Positions 18,883 to 28,889 are shown, counted from the stretch's first letter. The stretch: DNA of 64,000 nt from an uncultured Nitrososphaerota archaeon (GCA_963838925.1 CAWISW010000002.1:320001-384000), one strand, 5' to 3'. The notes: generated by a model not told the origin, from the letters alone. Numbers and translations are program-made.

Positions 18883-19950
18883 TTGCTTGGCGAAGCTTTT
18901 ACCCTCTGCCTCAGGGTGCGCGTGGAGTTGACAGAGTACCGCGTTTCACTGACGGGTCTTCACGCAAGGAACGAGAAGACCATCCAGGCCACCCAGGACT
19001 GGGAGAGGAGCAGGATAAACGAGGCTGCGTTGAAAGCCTGCTTCGACAAGGACTGCGACTCCCTGGTCGAGCTACAGAAGCGGGTGGGTGCCGAATACAT
19101 CACCGACGGGCAGATCACGCTTGCGTGGCAGGACCTCTTCAGGCCGATCAGCTCGGGGTTCGAAGGGCTCGAGCCAGGTCCCATGGTGAGGTGGTTCAAC
19201 ACGAACACCTTCTTCTACGCGCCTATAGTGAAGGGAGCGATCTCGAGCGACGGCAAGGTACTCTCGAGGGCCATCGAGAAGAGGTTCGTCAACCACGGCT
19301 CCGCACTGAAGATAGTGCTGCCTGACCCGCTCACATTCGCGGAGCTGGCCGAGGACAGATTCTACGGCAGCAAGGAGAAGCTCCTCTTCGCTTACACGGA
19401 CGCCATAAGGGGGGAGCTGCGGACCCTGTCAAAGGTAGGTGTGAAGTACGTCCAGTTCTCCGCCCCGAGCCTCGTCTACAGGCTGAAGCAGAAGCCCTTC
19501 TCGCGCGCAGGGCTCAGGCAGCTGGGCGAGGCGGTAAGGAACGCGCTCAAGGGGGTCTCTCTGAGGAGCGGCTTCTACCCGCTCTTTGGGGACGCGTCTC
19601 CCTACCTGCCAGAGCTCCTCGACGTCATTCCCACGGACGACATCGGCATCGACCTGACGCAGACGGACGACTCCTCGCTGTCAGCGACGAGCAAGGGGAT
19701 CATCGCCGGGATAGTCGACTCCCGGACCACCTACCTCGAGGACGTGGCGTCGCTCGCCTCTCGCGTCGAGAGGGTCGCCGACAGGACCGCCGCCAGCACG
19801 CTCACGCTCGCCCCTTCCGCCGACCTCAGGTACATCCCCCGGGTCAGCGCGGACGAGAAGCTCGAGCTCCTCGGCAGACTGAGGTCTCGGGTAAAGAGGG
19901 GACGCGAGACGCCCAGCGCGCCGAAACCAGCGAGGAGGGGAGCGAAGTGA
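18883..19950 (+). CDS. Split cobalamin-independent methionine synthase, N-terminal (non-catalytic, folate-binding) half
   Basis: YITDGQ..WQDLFRP, VRWFNTNTFF, GIVDSR; no Zn ligands; true start probably about 18916-18928. Confidence 0.85.
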   Translation: MLGEAFTLCLRVRVELTEYRVSLTGLHARNEKTIQATQDWERSRINEAALKACFDKDCDSLVELQKRVGAEYITDGQITLAWQDLFRPISSGFEGLEPGPMVRWFNTNTFFYAPIVKGAISSDGKVLSRAIEKRFVNHGSALKIVLPDPLTFAELAEDRFYGSKEKLLFAYTDAIRGELRTLSKVGVKYVQFSAPSLVYRLKQKPFSRAGLRQLGEAVRNALKGVSLRSGFYPLFGDASPYLPELLDVIPTDDIGIDLTQTDDSSLSATSKGIIAGIVDSRTTYLEDVASLASRVERVADRTAASTLTLAPSADLRYIPRVSADEKLELLGRLRSRVKRGRETPSAPKPARRGAK

Positions 19951-21140
19951 AGGCCTTCCCCACCCAGGAGATAGGGAGCCTCCCGAAGTTCTCGTGGAGG
20001 ACCAAGCCGTTCAGGCAGATGGCGCTCACGGACGACGACCTCGAGTCCGCGAGAGTGTGGGGAGACCGCCTCAAGGTCGACGGACGGAACGACCTCCACC
20101 GGCTGCTCTCCAAGCGCTATGCCTTCACCGACGAGGAGAAGAAGCGCATAGTCGACTTCTCACTCCTGTACGCGATCAGGATGTGCGAGACAGCCGGGCA
20201 CGGCCTCGCCAAGGAACCGGGGCTCGACCTGGTTTGGAGCGGCGAGCAGGCGAGGACCGAGATGTACGAGACGCCCGTCTCCAACATCGCGGGCTTCGAG
20301 TTCGTGGGGAGGGTGAGGAGCTTCGACAACAAGTACTGGAGGATGGCCTCAATCCGGTCCGCTCCAAAGTACAAGGAGAACTACCACCTCGACGAGCTCC
20401 TGTTCACCGAGGAGAACGCCGAGCGCAAGGTCAAAGTCCCCGTCACCGACGCCATCACGATAATGGCGTGGTCGGACAACAACTACTACACGGGCAAGTG
20501 GGCGGACAAGTCCGGGCTCTCGCCTTCGAAGAGGAGCTTCAGCGCCAGGCGCGAGTTCACCCTCGAGCTGGCCAAGATAATCCGGAGGGTCATCAGGGAG
20601 CTGATCGAGAAGGGGGTCGAGGAGGTGCAGATCGACATACCCGCCGCGACACAGTACCAGTCCGACGACGACATCAAGCTCGTCGCCGAGTCGTTCAACG
20701 AGACGACGAAGGGGCTGGACGCCACTTTCAGCGTCCACAGCTGCTTCCCACCCAGCATCGGCTATGGCATCCTCTTCCCCCACCTCCTCGAGATGAAGAA
20801 GTGCGAGCGCTTCTCCCTCGAGTACGGCAACCGTGACACCTTCGAGAAGGGTCTGGACGCCAAGTCCAGGACCGGCTTCGAGGACCTCAAGCTCTTCAAG
20901 GAGTACGGCTACAAGAGGCAGCTGGGCGTCGGGGTCATCCACATACACACCGACACCCTGCCAAGCGTCGAGGTGGTGCGAGACCGCATCCTCTACTCTG
21001 CGAAGGTCACGGACCTCCCGCCGGAGAACCTCTACGTCAACCCGGACTGCGGCCTTCGCACGAGGCGCCCAGAGATAGCCCAGAAGATGCTCGACCTGGT
21101 GGTCGGCGGCGCCGAGCTCGCGAGGGGCAAGTCCGGATGA
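19947..21140 (+). CDS. metE: Cobalamin-independent methionine synthase, catalytic half
   Basis: FPTQEIGSLPK, VRSFDNKYW, VQIDIPA, HSC, SLEY, VNPDCGLRTR Zn ligands. Confidence 0.92.
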   Translation: MKAFPTQEIGSLPKFSWRTKPFRQMALTDDDLESARVWGDRLKVDGRNDLHRLLSKRYAFTDEEKKRIVDFSLLYAIRMCETAGHGLAKEPGLDLVWSGEQARTEMYETPVSNIAGFEFVGRVRSFDNKYWRMASIRSAPKYKENYHLDELLFTEENAERKVKVPVTDAITIMAWSDNNYYTGKWADKSGLSPSKRSFSARREFTLELAKIIRRVIRELIEKGVEEVQIDIPAATQYQSDDDIKLVAESFNETTKGLDATFSVHSCFPPSIGYGILFPHLLEMKKCERFSLEYGNRDTFEKGLDAKSRTGFEDLKLFKEYGYKRQLGVGVIHIHTDTLPSVEVVRDRILYSAKVTDLPPENLYVNPDCGLRTRRPEIAQKMLDLVVGGAELARGKSG

Positions 21141-22387
21141 TCCCACGGGTCACGACCATAGGGAGCTACCCGACGTTCCCACGGGCGGAGGACGTCGAGT
21201 ACTACTACACCATCTCGAGGCACGGCCTCGGCGGGGAGGTTGTCGACCCCTACCTCTGGTCGATGGAGGAGGCGCTCAAGGACTTCACGTCCGCGGGCGT
21301 GGACGTGCCGTCGACGGGCCAGTCCAGGGGCGACCTTTACTCGCTCTTCTTGGAGCCGAAGTTCGTCAAGGGGATAACGTGGCAGGGAGCCGACGCCTAC
21401 GTCAACGGGAAGATCGAGCGGACCGGCTCGATCCGCCTGGCGGACGTCCGCCACGCGAGGAGCGTCCTCCCCCCCCACTACGAGCTGAAGGAGCCGATAA
21501 CAGACGCCTACACTCTCGCCAGGTTCGCCAAGATCAACACCAGCAGCTACGCTGACACCAGGGAGCTCGCGCGAGAGATAAACAAGAAGATCATCATACC
21601 GGAGATCGAGGACCTCCAGGCGAGCGGGGCGGTCTCCTGGCTCCAGCTCGACTCGCCCACCATCGCCGCCGAGTCCTCCACCCCTGACTACATCCAAGGG
21701 CTCTACGAGGAGGTCGCGGCCGCCGCGAAGGTCCCCGTAGTCGTGCACGCTTGCGGGGACGCGGTGAGGATCTTCTCCTCCCTGCTCACGAAGCTGAAGG
21801 TCGACACGATCTCGCTCGACTTTTACCACTACCCCAAGCTCTTCGAGGAGGCGGGCAAGAAGAGCTACGACCAGAAGATAGGGCTGGGCTGCACCGACAG
21901 CCAGAGCATGAGGGTCGAGACCGTGGACGAGACCAGGCGGCTGATAGCCTTCGCGGAGGCGCGCCTCGGCAAGGACCGGATCCAGTTCGTCCACCCTCAC
22001 TGCGGCCAGAGGAACCTGAACCGCGAGATAGCCTACGAGAAGAACGTGGTGCTCGCGTTGGCGCGGGACGACGCGTGCTTCGGGGAGGCGGAGGAGGCCT
22101 CGGCCTCCCACCTCACCTCCAAGGAGTACGACCCGGGCGGCTACTTCCTCGTCTCGGTGAGCAGGGAGACGAAGGAGATAGTGGTCGCCTACTACACCTA
22201 CGACCACACGGCGAAGAAGAGGTACCGCTCCAAGTCAGCGGAGCGCCTCTTCCAGACCCTCAACGACGAGGCCGACACCCTCGGCCTGAGCCGCAGGCAC
22301 CTCTCGTACCTCACGCTGGAGCTCGGACGCGCGGAGGCGTCGATCGCCTCTGGGACCCAGTCCTACCGCCAGAAAGTGATAGAGTGA
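21137..22387 (+). CDS. Second MetE-like catalytic core fused to a C-terminal DUF4346-like domain
   Basis: TTIGSYP, STGQSRGD, LQLDSP, HACG, HPHCGQRNL; C-terminal DPGGYFLV...HLSYLTLELGRAE...YRQ. Confidence 0.85.
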   Translation: MIPRVTTIGSYPTFPRAEDVEYYYTISRHGLGGEVVDPYLWSMEEALKDFTSAGVDVPSTGQSRGDLYSLFLEPKFVKGITWQGADAYVNGKIERTGSIRLADVRHARSVLPPHYELKEPITDAYTLARFAKINTSSYADTRELAREINKKIIIPEIEDLQASGAVSWLQLDSPTIAAESSTPDYIQGLYEEVAAAAKVPVVVHACGDAVRIFSSLLTKLKVDTISLDFYHYPKLFEEAGKKSYDQKIGLGCTDSQSMRVETVDETRRLIAFAEARLGKDRIQFVHPHCGQRNLNREIAYEKNVVLALARDDACFGEAEEASASHLTSKEYDPGGYFLVSVSRETKEIVVAYYTYDHTAKKRYRSKSAERLFQTLNDEADTLGLSRRHLSYLTLELGRAEASIASGTQSYRQKVIE

Positions 22388-23263
22388 TTGAGGCTAGCGG
22401 AGCGCCTTAAGAGGGGCATCTTCACCACCGTCGTCGAGATCTTCCCGCCCAACTTCAGCGCCGAGACGGCCAAGGAGCCGCTCCTGGGCCTGAGGCAGAA
22501 GACGCAGGACGTCGTCTCGAGGGTGAGGAAGGTCGAGAACCTCGTGGACTGCTTCGTCGTCGCTGACATGAAGGACCTCGGGAGGCTGAAGCTGTCCAGC
22601 ATCTACACCGCGGCCATGCTGAAGCATGAGCTCGACACGGAAGTAATCCCCGTCATAGCTGTGAGGGACGCCAACCGGTCTGGGGTAAGGACCCTCTTCC
22701 TCACCGCCCTCTCGTACGGGCTCGACTCCGTGATGCTGGTCTGGGGGGACAAGTACAACGAGGGAGAGGGCTCCGCCAACGTCTACGACTACCCTTCGCT
22801 CTCTGATGCGATCAAGGAGATGAGGGCGCTCGCGGACAGGGCGAACGTCGAAGCCACCATCCTCGCCCCGGTCAACGTGGCCGCGCTGGAGACGAAGAGG
22901 GGCGCCGCGATAGCGTCGTCCCGCCTCGAGAGCGGGGCGGACTGCCTTCTCGCCCAGCCGCCAACGTCCGACATCTCGGTCACGCTGCCGGAGCACCTCC
23001 GCCTCCTCGACGGGAAGGGCATGAGGCCGAACGTCCTGCTCAACGTCTTCCCGTTCAGGGACAAGGAGGACATCGACTCCTGCAGGGCCCGGTTCGGCTG
23101 GAAGATACCCGACGTGGCGGACAGGATCGCCCAAGAAGGCGGGGAGGCCGGCCTGATCAGGGAATCCAAGATGGTCGTGGAGAAGATGCGGGAGAGCGGG
23201 CTCCCCGGGGTATACGTATCGACGAGGGGCAGGCCGGAGCTCGCGCGGTTCATCCTCGACTAG
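22388..23263 (+). CDS. metF: Methylenetetrahydrofolate reductase-like flavoprotein
   Basis: VVEIFPP, VIPVIAVRDANR, LVWGD, GADCLLAQP; adjacent to the metE genes. Confidence 0.8.
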   Translation: MRLAERLKRGIFTTVVEIFPPNFSAETAKEPLLGLRQKTQDVVSRVRKVENLVDCFVVADMKDLGRLKLSSIYTAAMLKHELDTEVIPVIAVRDANRSGVRTLFLTALSYGLDSVMLVWGDKYNEGEGSANVYDYPSLSDAIKEMRALADRANVEATILAPVNVAALETKRGAAIASSRLESGADCLLAQPPTSDISVTLPEHLRLLDGKGMRPNVLLNVFPFRDKEDIDSCRARFGWKIPDVADRIAQEGGEAGLIRESKMVVEKMRESGLPGVYVSTRGRPELARFILD

Positions 23264-23321
23264 GGGCCCCAGGCCTTGAAGACCTAAATATCGTTACGGG
23301 GCCGGACCCACGAGTCCCACC

Positions 23322-24035
23322 TTGAAGGCCCTCATTCTCGCGGGCGGGCAGGGTCTGAGGCTGAGACCGCTCACCGACGACAGGCCCAAGCCCCTCGTCG
23401 CGGTCGCGGGGAAGCCGATAGCGGAGTGGCAGCTCGACTGGATGATCAAGAACGTCGACCTCCGAGATGCGACCTTCCTCTGCGGCTACAAGTGGACGCG
23501 CCTGAAGGAGCACTTCGGCAGCGAGTACCGCGGCGTGCGGATCGAATACAGCGTGGAAGAGACGCCGCTCGGGACCGGCGGGGCGTTCCGAAAGGCCATC
23601 GAGGGCGCGAAGATCGGCGACGAGGACGTACTGATGATGAACGGCGACATCGTCACCGACCTCCCGCTGGGCGATATGGTCGCCGCGCACACCTCGGCGA
23701 AGAGCCGCCCGACGATAACGCTCCTCCTAGTGCCCTACAGGTCGAGGTTCGGGATCGTCCACATCGACAAACAGAACGTCGTGAAGGGCTTCGAGGAGAA
23801 GCCCGAGTTCAAGGACGTCTGGATCAACGGGGGAATCTACGTCGCCAACGCGAAGAGGCTCGTGGGCAGCCTTCCGGCGAAGGGGGACGTCGAGAGGGAG
23901 ACGTTCCCGAGGCTCGTCCGCACCGGCGAGATACTCGCGTATCCATACCGCGGTTTCTGGTCGCTCATCGACTCCGTCAAGGACATCCAGGAGGTCGAGA
24001 AGGAGCTCAAGGCCCGCGCAGCGGCGACCTCCTGA
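23322..24035 (+). CDS. Sugar-phosphate nucleotidyltransferase
   Basis: KALILAGGQGLRLRPLTDDRPKPL, PLGTGG, NGDI, FEEKP. Confidence 0.95.
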   Translation: MKALILAGGQGLRLRPLTDDRPKPLVAVAGKPIAEWQLDWMIKNVDLRDATFLCGYKWTRLKEHFGSEYRGVRIEYSVEETPLGTGGAFRKAIEGAKIGDEDVLMMNGDIVTDLPLGDMVAAHTSAKSRPTITLLLVPYRSRFGIVHIDKQNVVKGFEEKPEFKDVWINGGIYVANAKRLVGSLPAKGDVERETFPRLVRTGEILAYPYRGFWSLIDSVKDIQEVEKELKARAAATS

Positions 24036-24123
24036 CCGCCGATCGCCCGACTCCTCGCTTCAGCTTCGAAATGCTTATTATGTGAAGGTGGAGTGCGTGC
24101 TTTGGTAAGGGTCGATAGATTCC

Positions 24124-25224
24124 TTGCCACAAAGTTTTGTCACCAAACTGAAGGACGCATCTCAAGCTTACACCTTCCGCGACTTTATCCTGCTCCCAGG
24201 GAGGAGCGAAGTCGAGCCCAGGGACATCGACCTCTCCTCGAACCTCACGAAGCACATCAAGCTCAGCCTCCCCTTCGTCTCCTCGCCCATGGACACGGTC
24301 ACCGAGTGGAGGATGGCAGTCGAGCTCGCGAGGATTGGCGCCGCGGGCGCTATCCACAGGAACATGAGCACCGAGAGCCAGGTCGAGCAGGTGAAGAAGG
24401 CGAAGGCGGCCAAGGTCCAGGCGAAGTCCGTCGACGAGAAGGGCAGGCCGCTGGTGGGGGCCTCGGTCTCGCCTCTCGACACGAAGCGCTGCGAGGCGCT
24501 GGACAGGGTCGCCGACTTCCTGGTCTCAGACGTCGCCCACTTCCACAACTCAAACCTGCTGAAGGTGACCGCGAGGCTCCTTCCCAACCTGAGCAAGGAC
24601 TTCATCGCGGGCAACATCGGCACGAAACGGGCGGTCCGCGACATCATCACGGAGCTGCCGCGCGTAGACGGGTTCAGGGTGGGCATAGGCTCGGGCTCCG
24701 TCTGCATCACCTCGGAGGTGACGAGGGTGGGGGCGCCGACCCTCTTCGCGGTCTCGGAGGTGGCGACGGCCGTCAGCGAACTCAACGCCGACGTCCCGAT
24801 AATCGCGGACGGCGGGATCCGCGGCGCGGGCGACGCGTCCCTCGCGCTGGCTGCGGGGGCATCCACCGTGATGCTCGGCTCGATGCTCGCCGGCTGCGAC
24901 GAGTCGCCCACGAAGGTGATCGTAAAGAACGGCAAGAAGATGAAGGTCCACAGGGGGATGGCCAGCGCCGCGGCCCGGAACGTGCGCTTCGCCCTCGACA
25001 GGTACAGCGTTCCCGCCAAGGGGCTCGAGGAGGGCGTGGAGGCCTACGTCGCGTACTCTGGCAAGACCGCGGACGTCATCGCGAAGGTCGAGAACGGGCT
25101 GAAGGCGTCGTTCGGGTACTCCGGCGCGAAGAGCGTGAGCGACCTCTGGAGCGTCGCCTCCTTCGGCTACGTCTCTCCCCAGGGCACCTCCGAGCTCGGA
25201 GTCCACTCTCTTACCCTGAAGTGA
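24124..25224 (+). CDS. guaB: IMP dehydrogenase lacking the CBS subdomain
   Basis: SSPMDTVTE, IHRNM, VGIGSGSVCIT, IIADGGI, RGMAS, DRY, EGVE. Confidence 0.93.
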   Translation: MPQSFVTKLKDASQAYTFRDFILLPGRSEVEPRDIDLSSNLTKHIKLSLPFVSSPMDTVTEWRMAVELARIGAAGAIHRNMSTESQVEQVKKAKAAKVQAKSVDEKGRPLVGASVSPLDTKRCEALDRVADFLVSDVAHFHNSNLLKVTARLLPNLSKDFIAGNIGTKRAVRDIITELPRVDGFRVGIGSGSVCITSEVTRVGAPTLFAVSEVATAVSELNADVPIIADGGIRGAGDASLALAAGASTVMLGSMLAGCDESPTKVIVKNGKKMKVHRGMASAAARNVRFALDRYSVPAKGLEEGVEAYVAYSGKTADVIAKVENGLKASFGYSGAKSVSDLWSVASFGYVSPQGTSELGVHSLTLK

Positions 25225-25230
25225 GAGTGC

Positions 25231-26862
25231 TTGCGCGCTTCGAGCATGACCGAGACAAAGACAAGAAACCCCGCGAGCACGCCCGGAAAGGCGAAAGGTG
25301 AGGGTGCCAGGAGGGACCTGCAGCTCCTCCGCGGAGGCGTCGCAGTCCTCGACTTTGGGGGCCAGTACTCACACCTCATCGCCAGGAGGATAAGGGGCCT
25401 GGGGGTGTACGCGGCCCTCCTTCCCTTCGACACCTCGGCGAGCTCGCTGAAGGAGATGGGAGTGAAGGGCGTCGTCCTATCGGGAGGCCCCTCGAGCGTC
25501 TACGGTCCCGGGGCCCCGCATCCGGACAAGGCGATATTCTCGGGGGACGTCCCGTTGCTCGGCATCTGCTACGGCTACCAACTCCTCGTCCAGGCGCACG
25601 GCGGCGAGGTGAAACGGGTGCCGAAGAGGGAATACGGCAAGGCCAAGGTGAAGATAACAGACCGCGGGAGCATCTTCAACGGGATAAGCAGTGACAGCAT
25701 CACCTGCTGGATGAGCCACGGCGACTCCGCGACCAAGCTCCCGCCCGGACTCGCAGCGATGGCCACAAGCGACAACTCGCCATATGCCGCGATCCGAACC
25801 GCCGACGGCCGGCAGTTCGGAGTCCAGTTCCACCCCGAGGTGGTCCACACGGAGCACGGCGGCGAGATCCTCTCGAACTTCGTGTTCGGCGTCTGCCGCG
25901 CGGAGCGCAGGTGGAGCATGGAGGGGTTCCTAGGGGAGACTCTCCGCGAGCTGCGGCAGACACCAGAGGGCAGGGTGCTGTGCGCAGTCTCGGGCGGGGT
26001 GGACTCCTCGGTCGCCTCCGTCCTCCTCAACAAGGCGCTCCACGAGAGGCTGCAGTGCGTCTTCATCGACACGGGCCTGCTGAGGGAGGGGGAGGGAGCC
26101 GAAGTCTCCAAGTTCCTCAAGCACGACCTCGGGGTCCCTCTCGAGTTCATCGACGCGTCGACGAGGTTCCTGAGCGCGCTGAAGGGGGTCTCCGACCCCG
26201 AGAAGAAGAGGAAGATCATCGGGAGGGTATTCGCTGAGGAGTTCGAGGAGTACGCGAGGAAGAAGGGGCCGTTCAGGTACCTGGCCCAGGGCACGCTCTA
26301 TCCAGACGTGATCGAGAGCGGCCAGACCAACGCCCCCGCCTCCGTCATAAAGACCCACCACAACGTCGGCGGTCTCCCCAAGGACCTGAGGATGGAGCTC
26401 ATCGAGCCGCTGCGAGAGCTCTACAAGGACGAGGTGAGGGCGCTGGGCTCGCTCCTCGGGCTGCCACCGGAGGTCCTGAAGCGCCACCCCTTCCCCGGCC
26501 CGGGGCTCGCCGTCAGGATAATCGGGGAGGTCACCCCGGAGAAGGTGCGCATGTGCAGGGGCGCCAACCTCATCGTCGAGGAGGTCATGCGCGAGGAGGG
26601 GCTCTACGACAAGGTCTGGCAGGCGTTCGCCTACCTGGGGGACGACCACGTCACCGGGGTGCTGGGGGACGAGCGCAGGGTCGGCGCACAGGTCACCGTG
26701 CGTGCCGTCGAGTCGGTCGACGCCATGACCGCAGACTGGTACCGCATGCCCTACGACGTCATGGAGAGGATCTCGAGCAGGATAACAAACGAGGTTGACG
26801 GGGTCGTGAGCGTGGCCTACTCCATCTCCTCGAAGCCTCCGGCCACGATCGAGCCCCAGTGA
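25231..26862 (+). CDS. guaA: GMP synthase (fused GATase + ATPPase)
   Basis: LDFGGQYSHLIARR, LGICYG, QFHPEV, SGGVDS, IKTHHNVGG, KPPATIEPQ; start uncertain. Confidence 0.97.
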   Translation: MRASSMTETKTRNPASTPGKAKGEGARRDLQLLRGGVAVLDFGGQYSHLIARRIRGLGVYAALLPFDTSASSLKEMGVKGVVLSGGPSSVYGPGAPHPDKAIFSGDVPLLGICYGYQLLVQAHGGEVKRVPKREYGKAKVKITDRGSIFNGISSDSITCWMSHGDSATKLPPGLAAMATSDNSPYAAIRTADGRQFGVQFHPEVVHTEHGGEILSNFVFGVCRAERRWSMEGFLGETLRELRQTPEGRVLCAVSGGVDSSVASVLLNKALHERLQCVFIDTGLLREGEGAEVSKFLKHDLGVPLEFIDASTRFLSALKGVSDPEKKRKIIGRVFAEEFEEYARKKGPFRYLAQGTLYPDVIESGQTNAPASVIKTHHNVGGLPKDLRMELIEPLRELYKDEVRALGSLLGLPPEVLKRHPFPGPGLAVRIIGEVTPEKVRMCRGANLIVEEVMREEGLYDKVWQAFAYLGDDHVTGVLGDERRVGAQVTVRAVESVDAMTADWYRMPYDVMERISSRITNEVDGVVSVAYSISSKPPATIEPQ

Positions 26863-26875
26863 GCGCTGATCGAAG

Positions 26876-27862
26876 ATGCCCGTGTTCCTAGGCCCGCAGA
26901 CAGCCCTCGCGGAGCTCCACGTCCACCTGGGGAGCTCGGTCGACCCGGCCGTGATGTGGGAGATAGCCCACGCCCAGGGCATCCGACTTCCGACGAAGGA
27001 CTACTGGCGGTTCGTGGACATGATCACGGTCAACCCCAGGAAGGTGAAGTCGTTCGAGGACTACCTCGCGCTCTTCCACTGGACCGAGCTCATCCAGTCC
27101 AGCCCCCTCGCGATCGAGAACTCGGTCTATCACACCATAGCCGGGGCCTACCGCAAGAACAACATCACCCTCATAGAGCTGAGGTTCAACCCGATGAAGA
27201 GGAACCGCGGAGGGGAGAGGGACCTCGACCAGATCATGATGGCCGCGGGGCGGGGGCTCGACAGGGCGTCTGCGGAGTACCCCGTCAAGAGCGGCATAAT
27301 CATCTGCCTGGACAGGACCTTCGACCAGCACCTGAACGAGATCCTCCTCGAGAAGGCCCTGAAGTACAAGAACAGGGGCGTGGTCGGCATCGACATCGCC
27401 GGGTCGGCCAGGAAGGGCTTCCGCTACTCGGACTGCAAGGGCCTCTACAGGAGGGCGCGCAAGGAGGGGCTGGGCCTGACGGTCCACGCAGGGGAGGACG
27501 AGGGCCACAACTCCGTGCGAGACGTCCTGGCGCACCTGGAGCCCCAGAGGATAGGCCACGGGGTGAGGGCCACGGAGGACGCCGAGACACTGGAGATGCT
27601 GCGCGAGAGGGGTGTCACCCTCGAGCTCTGCCCCTCGTCCAACCTCAACACGCGCGTCCTGAAGGGCGTGGGGGACATGAAGCGGGTCTTCAGGGAGCTG
27701 AACAGGAGCAAGGTGAAGTACACGATCAACACCGACGGCCCCGAGATGCTCCTGACCAACCTGAGGAACGAGATAGACTTCCTACTCAGGAACGGCATCC
27801 TCAAGGAGAGCGACGTGCTCCGCGCCAACAGGAACGCTTTCGCGGCTTCCTTCATCCAGTAG
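26876..27862 (+). CDS. Adenosine/AMP deaminase family protein
   Basis: ELHVHL, IELRFNP, TVHAGE, RIGHG, ELCPSSN, NTDGP. Confidence 0.92.
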   Translation: MPVFLGPQTALAELHVHLGSSVDPAVMWEIAHAQGIRLPTKDYWRFVDMITVNPRKVKSFEDYLALFHWTELIQSSPLAIENSVYHTIAGAYRKNNITLIELRFNPMKRNRGGERDLDQIMMAAGRGLDRASAEYPVKSGIIICLDRTFDQHLNEILLEKALKYKNRGVVGIDIAGSARKGFRYSDCKGLYRRARKEGLGLTVHAGEDEGHNSVRDVLAHLEPQRIGHGVRATEDAETLEMLRERGVTLELCPSSNLNTRVLKGVGDMKRVFRELNRSKVKYTINTDGPEMLLTNLRNEIDFLLRNGILKESDVLRANRNAFAASFIQ

Positions 27863-27914
27863 CTCCCTCAAGACCCGAACGCCTAAATGCCGTTGCCTTC
27901 CCCGGCGAGAATCC

Positions 27915-28466
27915 ATGGCGCGCACCGGAGCTTCCCGCCAGGCGAAGAAGGACGAGAAGGGGGGAGCGGGGGAGGGGACCACGGATGAGATAGACGACAG
28001 CGTCCTCGAGGAAGGCTCCTACTACCTCTCCAAGCTCGACCTCGACCTCGACGCCATCGCTGAGCGCTTCGAGATCCCGCCCGCGCAGGTGCTCAGGCAC
28101 AAGACCCGCTACGAGAAGAAGCTGAGGGACGGGGACGCCGTCGAGGTCGCCACAGACCTCGCCTTCTGGCGGAACGTCAAGGAGGAGGCGGAGGGGAACG
28201 TCAAGGTGACCTTCGTCAGCGACAAGGGCTTCCACCACGCTTGGAGGTCTGACCTCGAGAAGCTCGACGGCCCCACGCTCCTCGCGATCTTCGAGTCCTG
28301 CAAGCGATTCCTCAACCTCGACCCTAACTCGAGGTTCTTGGAGTACTCGCCGCCCAAGAACTACGACCCGTTGGCGATGCAGCGCGAGATCACCAAGGCC
28401 GTGACCGTGATCAACTCCATCCTCGAGAGCAAGTGGAAGTCCGCCGGACACGGGAAGAAGCCCTAG
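27915..28466 (+). CDS. Hypothetical protein, possible N-terminal HTH
   Basis: Typical codon usage; LDAIAERFEIPPAQV resembles an HTH. Confidence 0.75.
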   Translation: MARTGASRQAKKDEKGGAGEGTTDEIDDSVLEEGSYYLSKLDLDLDAIAERFEIPPAQVLRHKTRYEKKLRDGDAVEVATDLAFWRNVKEEAEGNVKVTFVSDKGFHHAWRSDLEKLDGPTLLAIFESCKRFLNLDPNSRFLEYSPPKNYDPLAMQREITKAVTVINSILESKWKSAGHGKKP

Positions 28467-28532
28467 GGCTGCGGAGGGCGTCCCTCCCTTCGCCAAGCTT
28501 ATCTCGAAGGGGAGTCTCAGGAAGGTCGGCGC

Positions 28533-28889
28533 TTGAACAAGATCCCCCGGTCATCAAGGGACTCGGAGGACCTCCTCCGCTCCCTCCTGCCCGCGACAAA
28601 GGAGGTCGCTGTCAAGCCAGTGTTCGGGAACCTGTCAGCGTTCGTGCACGGGAACATGTTCGCCGGCGTCTACGGGGATGACTTCCTCGTGCGCCTCTCC
28701 GAGCCCGACCGGAAGGAGCTGCTCCTGAACGACGGGGCTGCGGTCTTCGAGCCGATGAAGGGGAGGCAGATGAAGGAATACGTCGTCGTCCCCAGGTCGT
28801 GGACGAAGGACCCCTCGAAGATCAAGCCATGGGTCGAGAGGTCCCTCGAGTGGTCGAGCAAGCTCCCTCCCAAGGAGCACAGGCGCTAG
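28533..28889 (+). CDS. TfoX N-terminal domain family protein
   Basis: KPVFG..AFVHGNMFAGV, FEPMKGRQMKEYVVVP, LPPK. Confidence 0.88.
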   Translation: MNKIPRSSRDSEDLLRSLLPATKEVAVKPVFGNLSAFVHGNMFAGVYGDDFLVRLSEPDRKELLLNDGAAVFEPMKGRQMKEYVVVPRSWTKDPSKIKPWVERSLEWSSKLPPKEHRR

